Positions 16,592 to 20,000 of a stretch of DNA of 20,000 bases are shown here, piece by piece. The stretch is from an uncultured virus (IMG/VR IMGVR_UViG_3300025927_000002) (Duplodnaviria; Heunggongvirae; Uroviricota; Caudoviricetes), in the IMG/VR virus record IMGVR_UViG_3300025927_000002; one strand, written 5' to 3'. The notes under the pieces were generated by a model. The model saw only the letters and a program-made list of their open reading frames with translations, made no database searches and was not told the DNA's origin. Numbering within the stretch: the stretch's first letter is position 1; each line of letters begins with the position of its first letter. A program made the translations under genes and the position numbers.

Positions 16592-16956
16592 CCAATGCGG
16601 AAACGCTGGAAACCCTAAAGATCATTTCTGTGAGCTTGTGGAGCATCGCTCGCAGAAATGAACGGCTCGAAAGGATGCTCCGAACTATCGATGTGAAGGT
16701 GGATACTGTTATGGGTTACAAAGAAGACCTGATGGAGCTTGTCGAGGGGCAAGAGACGTTGAAGCAATCGTTTGTTGCTTATGACGATGGCATCAAATCC
16801 CGCATCGATCAGCTGAAGGCCGAACTGCTGGCGGCGCTCAGTGGGAACCCGGCGCTCGCCGAGGTCGACGCGCTTGTCGCTAAGGCGAAGGCTGACATCA
16901 ATTCCGACTCGAACGAGGTATTTGACCGGATGCGGGCAAACACGCCGGAAGGCTGA
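16588..16956 (+). CDS. Coiled-coil hypothetical protein
   Basis: AAGGAG SD; ATGA overlap. Confidence 0.7.
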   Translation: MTNAETLETLKIISVSLWSIARRNERLERMLRTIDVKVDTVMGYKEDLMELVEGQETLKQSFVAYDDGIKSRIDQLKAELLAALSGNPALAEVDALVAKAKADINSDSNEVFDRMRANTPEG

Positions 16957-17017
16957 CAATTGAGAAAGGGGCGGCCTGCGGGCCGCCTCATCTGCAACCA
17001 TGCGAGAGGAATACACA

Positions 17018-17416
17018 ATGAACCGTTATGCTTTGATCCTGCCGATGTTGCTGATGGTGTCTCCTGCGATGGCGGCTGACCCGCCCCAAGCTCAGCCGCC
17101 GGCTCAGGCTCAGCCGCCGGCTCAGGCTCAGCCGCCGGCTCAGGCTCAGCCGCCGGCTCAGGCTCAGCCGCCGGCTCAGGCTCAGGACGAGCTGGCCAGT
17201 GCGATGAATTCGGCATTGCAAGACAGCGCCAAGGCTGCTGGCAATCTCGGTAATGCGGCCCGGGTTGCGATGCAGCAACGGGCGCAGTTGCAGGCACTGC
17301 TGGTCAGGGCGGTGGAGCTGTGCGCCGAGCGGTGCATCGAGCTGACGGGGCCGATTGCACCGGCTGAGCCAGCGCCTGCTGAGGTGAAGCCGGAAGTCGC
17401 GGCGCCACCGAAATGA
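17018..17416 (+). CDS. Secreted protein with AQPPAQ repeats
   Basis: Signal peptide ending SPAMA-A; GAGGA SD. Confidence 0.75.
   Translation: MNRYALILPMLLMVSPAMAADPPQAQPPAQAQPPAQAQPPAQAQPPAQAQPPAQAQDELASAMNSALQDSAKAAGNLGNAARVAMQQRAQLQALLVRAVELCAERCIELTGPIAPAEPAPAEVKPEVAAPPK
17090..17185 (+). repeat. Perfect 18-bp tandem repeat, 5.3 copies
   Basis: (GCTCAGCCGCCGGCTCAG)5 GCTCAG. Confidence 0.95.
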
Positions 17417-17841
17417 CCGACCGCGGCACGGTCGATTCGACGCGCCAACGGGGCGAGGACATCGCCCCCCAACTGCGGGCTGAAGTCGAGCGGCTGCGCG
17501 ATGATTTCGTGCAAGCATCTGATCAAGCCGATGAGCTGCAGGTTGAGATTGAGCGCCTGCGGGCTGAAGCTTTGCGAAACGAGGTTATCGCGACGGGGTT
17601 CAAGCTGGAGCTTGATGAACTGCGTGCGGCTATCCCGGAAATCGTCGGCTGTGCTTATGGCGAGGGGCTGGCGTGCCGACGCGATACTGACGGCCGGCAT
17701 GGGTGTTGCTTGGCGCGGTTGCGCGCGCTGCGGCTTGGCATCGGGGTGGCGCCCGAAGGCTGGGCACAGGCCGGCGAGGATTTCGCGGCGCGGTATCCGG
17801 TGACGTTGGCTAAGCTTGCGGAGGAGGACGATGGGGCATGA
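17413..17841 (+). CDS. Coiled-coil hypothetical protein
   Basis: LRAEVERLR/VEIERLRAE repeats; ATGA overlaps. Confidence 0.7.
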   Translation: MTDRGTVDSTRQRGEDIAPQLRAEVERLRDDFVQASDQADELQVEIERLRAEALRNEVIATGFKLELDELRAAIPEIVGCAYGEGLACRRDTDGRHGCCLARLRALRLGIGVAPEGWAQAGEDFAARYPVTLAKLAEEDDGA

Positions 17842-18059
17842 ACAAGGATGAAGATCTGGAAATTGTTGTGATGCCGCAAGTTTTGGAAGCCATAGCTGGC
17901 GATCCTGAGTTGGCGGAGATGCTTCGCGAATTCCTCGCCAACGCGCACCAGGCGCATGAAGCGGTTAGGTCGGGGCGATACGAGACCTTCCAGGATGCGA
18001 TAGAGGCTATCACGGGGTTTGAGCTGAAGGTGCTGGAGGACGAGGACGATGTTGCCTGA
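17838..18059 (+). CDS. Acidic hypothetical protein
   Basis: ATGA overlap; 73 aa. Confidence 0.65.
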   Translation: MNKDEDLEIVVMPQVLEAIAGDPELAEMLREFLANAHQAHEAVRSGRYETFQDAIEAITGFELKVLEDEDDVA

Positions 18060-18383
18060 TGGCGATTAGGCGCGATGCGGCGGTGCTGTGATGGCCGAAG
18101 AGGGGGCGTCGGCTACCCCTATGGCCGAAACGTCTGAAATCGCGTCCAGCGCCACCGCATGCGCTCTATGGACATGTCCGCCTTTGGCGTACGGGCTGCA
18201 CCGCCGACCGGGCTTCCGCTGCCGGCGGCATGGCGGTGAGTCCGTGTGCGGAATCTGCGCCGGCGATTTAGTCGATGCTGTCAGGACAAGGGAGGATGCT
18301 GTCCTGCATCCTGATGGTGCAGGATTTTTTATGCCATAGGCGAAGATTCTTGTTGACGCGACTTAATTTACGGAGCACCCTAA

Positions 18384-18953
18384 ATGCTAGGCACCAGATT
18401 TGCGACTGCTTCCCGCTCCGTGCAATCACGGGCTGGGTCGCGCAAGGCCAAGGCAAACCGCCACCATATCGGAGACGAGCTAACGCCTGAGCGGCGTCAG
18501 CACGGCTCGATCGTGCGTGCCGACGGGCCGGTCGAGGATGTCGACGGCAATTATGGGGTGCCCTATATCGCCCGCGACATTCTTGCGACCATGGAAGCGC
18601 GCGGCACGATTAGCGCAGAGATGCGGATTGCTGGCGATCAATTCAGAGAGAATTTCCGGCGGGCTCATTTGGACGAGATGCGCGCAGCCGATCTCGGGCG
18701 GGTTGCTGGCATCGGGGGATCGCTCGATGAGGATCTCAGAATCATGGCCGCAAAGGCTGCGGTTATGCGGGCAATCAAAGATGTTGGCGAACCTGGTGGC
18801 AGCATTTTGTGGAATGTTGTTGGCTTGGAGTGCTCGCTAAAAGATTGGGCGATCGGGCAAAGTTGGAACGGCCGCCCGACCAACGCGGCGGCCGCCAGCG
18901 GAATGCTCGTGGTGACGCTTGGGATGCTGGTCGCTCGGAGCAAGGGGCGCTAA
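18384..18953 (+). CDS. DUF6456-like protein, putative late-gene regulator
   Basis: LATMEARGTISAEMRIAGDQFRENF...SILWNVVGLECSLKDWA...ASGMLVVTLGML; last gene of the rightward block. Confidence 0.7.
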   Translation: MLGTRFATASRSVQSRAGSRKAKANRHHIGDELTPERRQHGSIVRADGPVEDVDGNYGVPYIARDILATMEARGTISAEMRIAGDQFRENFRRAHLDEMRAADLGRVAGIGGSLDEDLRIMAAKAAVMRAIKDVGEPGGSILWNVVGLECSLKDWAIGQSWNGRPTNAAAASGMLVVTLGMLVARSKGR

Positions 18954-19117
18954 GTGTCATCAGACCTCACCTCTCTATCTAGTAAGAGATGGAGGTCAGT
19001 TATTCTGATCCATTGTTCTCTAGTCCTATCGACCATCTCGATTAACATGAGCTGGTCAAACTCATCTTTTAGTGGTCTGGCGTAGTCTATAGCTTCGATA
19101 AGTTCGCGGTACGTCAT
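18950..19117 (-). CDS. Small hypothetical protein
   Basis: AAGGA SD; TGATG overlap with the upstream HTH gene. Confidence 0.55.
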   Translation of the reverse strand: MTYRELIEAIDYARPLKDEFDQLMLIEMVDRTREQWIRITDLHLLLDREVRSDDT

Positions 19118-19329
19118 CACTTCATTCCTTCTGCTTGTTGTCTCGCCCGCTCCCGCTCGATATACAGCCATACGTAATCAGGAATAGGTGTTGGCTTACC
19201 GGTGCGCGGGTCCGGTGCATCTGATATCCAGCGCTCAACGTGGCGCCATGATCGGTTGACGATCTTCGCAAACTCGGCCGGTGTCAGGCCGAGGGATGCG
19301 ATGGCGGCGCGGAGGTCGGCGGCGGTCAT
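19117..19329 (-). CDS. Small XRE-like HTH protein
   Basis: MTAADLRAAIASLGLTPAEFAKIVNRSWRHVERW...PIP; ATGA overlap. Confidence 0.8.
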   Translation of the reverse strand: MTAADLRAAIASLGLTPAEFAKIVNRSWRHVERWISDAPDPRTGKPTPIPDYVWLYIERERARQQAEGMK

Positions 19330-19556
19330 TCGCACCATTCGCCCAAACGCACGATGCGGCATTCTACCGGGCGGCCGGCCTCGGTGGCGCGTTTACGAAT
19401 TAGCCGCGTTAATGTTTGCGCGTTATCATACGATAGGGGCTTGCAGTTCGATGGTGTGTTTTTAACAGATAAATCAGTCTGGACGTAAAGCCATGGGTCG
19501 GCGCTCTGGCCTTTGTCACGAATGGCTATAGTGTAGGATGTTGAGTTCGTCATCAT
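19326..19556 (-). CDS. Hypothetical protein
   Basis: GGGAGA SD; coupled to the HTH gene. Confidence 0.65.
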   Translation of the reverse strand: MMTNSTSYTIAIRDKGQSADPWLYVQTDLSVKNTPSNCKPLSYDNAQTLTRLIRKRATEAGRPVECRIVRLGEWCE

Positions 19557-19608
19557 TCTCTCCCGTGAGCTGTATGCGGGGCCGTAGCCCCGGTTGGTTG
19601 CCGGGTGG

Positions 19609-19824
19609 TTAGTGCTGGACGTCTTCGTGGAGAACTTCGGCCAAGTTATTTTCTAGTTGATCCGCTTTATATCGGCGATCCATCTCGGCTAGATAGATAT
19701 CGCAGATGTCGCCGTTTCCGAGGATTGTGTTGCGGCCGTAAGCGGCCTCTAGTTCGCGATCAGTCATTGATACACAATGCTCGATTGCCCAAATGATCGC
19801 TTGTTCATGTGCGCTCTGTGTCAT
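19609..19824 (-). CDS. Hypothetical acidic protein
   Basis: GGGAGA SD before MTQSAHEQ. Confidence 0.65.
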   Translation of the reverse strand: MTQSAHEQAIIWAIEHCVSMTDRELEAAYGRNTILGNGDICDIYLAEMDRRYKADQLENNLAEVLHEDVQH

Positions 19825-19838
19825 GGTCGTCTCCCGTT

Positions 19839-19884
19839 GGGTTTCGCTCGTGCTCATCAGTTCCGGACTTGTACCGGAAGACCC
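19839..19884 (-). ncRNA. Type III hammerhead ribozyme
   Basis: GGGUC|UUCCGG-UACAAGU-CCGGAA-CUGAUGA-GC-ACGA-GC-GAA-ACCC: intact core, stem I 6 bp, stem II 2 bp, stem III 4 bp. Confidence 0.85.
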
Positions 19885-20000
19885 TTCCCCGGCTAGGCCG
19901 GTTCCGCCCTTGGGGCGATGTCGCGGGTTCTTTCTGTTTCCGCGCCGGGTTGCTTTGGCTATGGTGCCTCGGGTCCGGAGCCCGTGTCTGTCTGACCATC

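Noticed and set aside
16968..16989. GC-rich hairpin as an intrinsic terminator
   Set aside because: No U-tract on the plus strand; may only be a stabilising stem

Overview
High-GC temperate phage/prophage early region, probably from an alphaproteobacterial host (inferred from gene families). It contains a cI/cro-type switch with three palindromic operators, a leftward early operon, and a rightward operon with a VRR-NUC nuclease, Cas4-like exonuclease, SSB-like protein, TOPRIM-P4/D5 primase-helicase plus candidate origin, and a DUF6456-like regulator. No integrase, terminase or virion genes are in the window. The main finding is in the leftward operon: a stand-alone RAMP/Cas7-like gene (3477-4133, minus), a translationally coupled partner (3031-3480), and a ~545-bp non-coding array of GGY-NN pentamers (2477-3020) split into ~11 units by GGC-N-GGC junctions. 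This matches my recollection of the recently reported VIPR RNA-guided phage systems. Read as codon positions 1-2, the variable dinucleotides give protein-like motifs, including a (K)GTPNKV-like motif three times, suggesting gapped, wobble-skipping targeting of rival phage genes. Also present are a type III hammerhead ribozyme (19839-19884, minus) and a PEP-CTERM gene with sigma54, IHF and enhancer sites.
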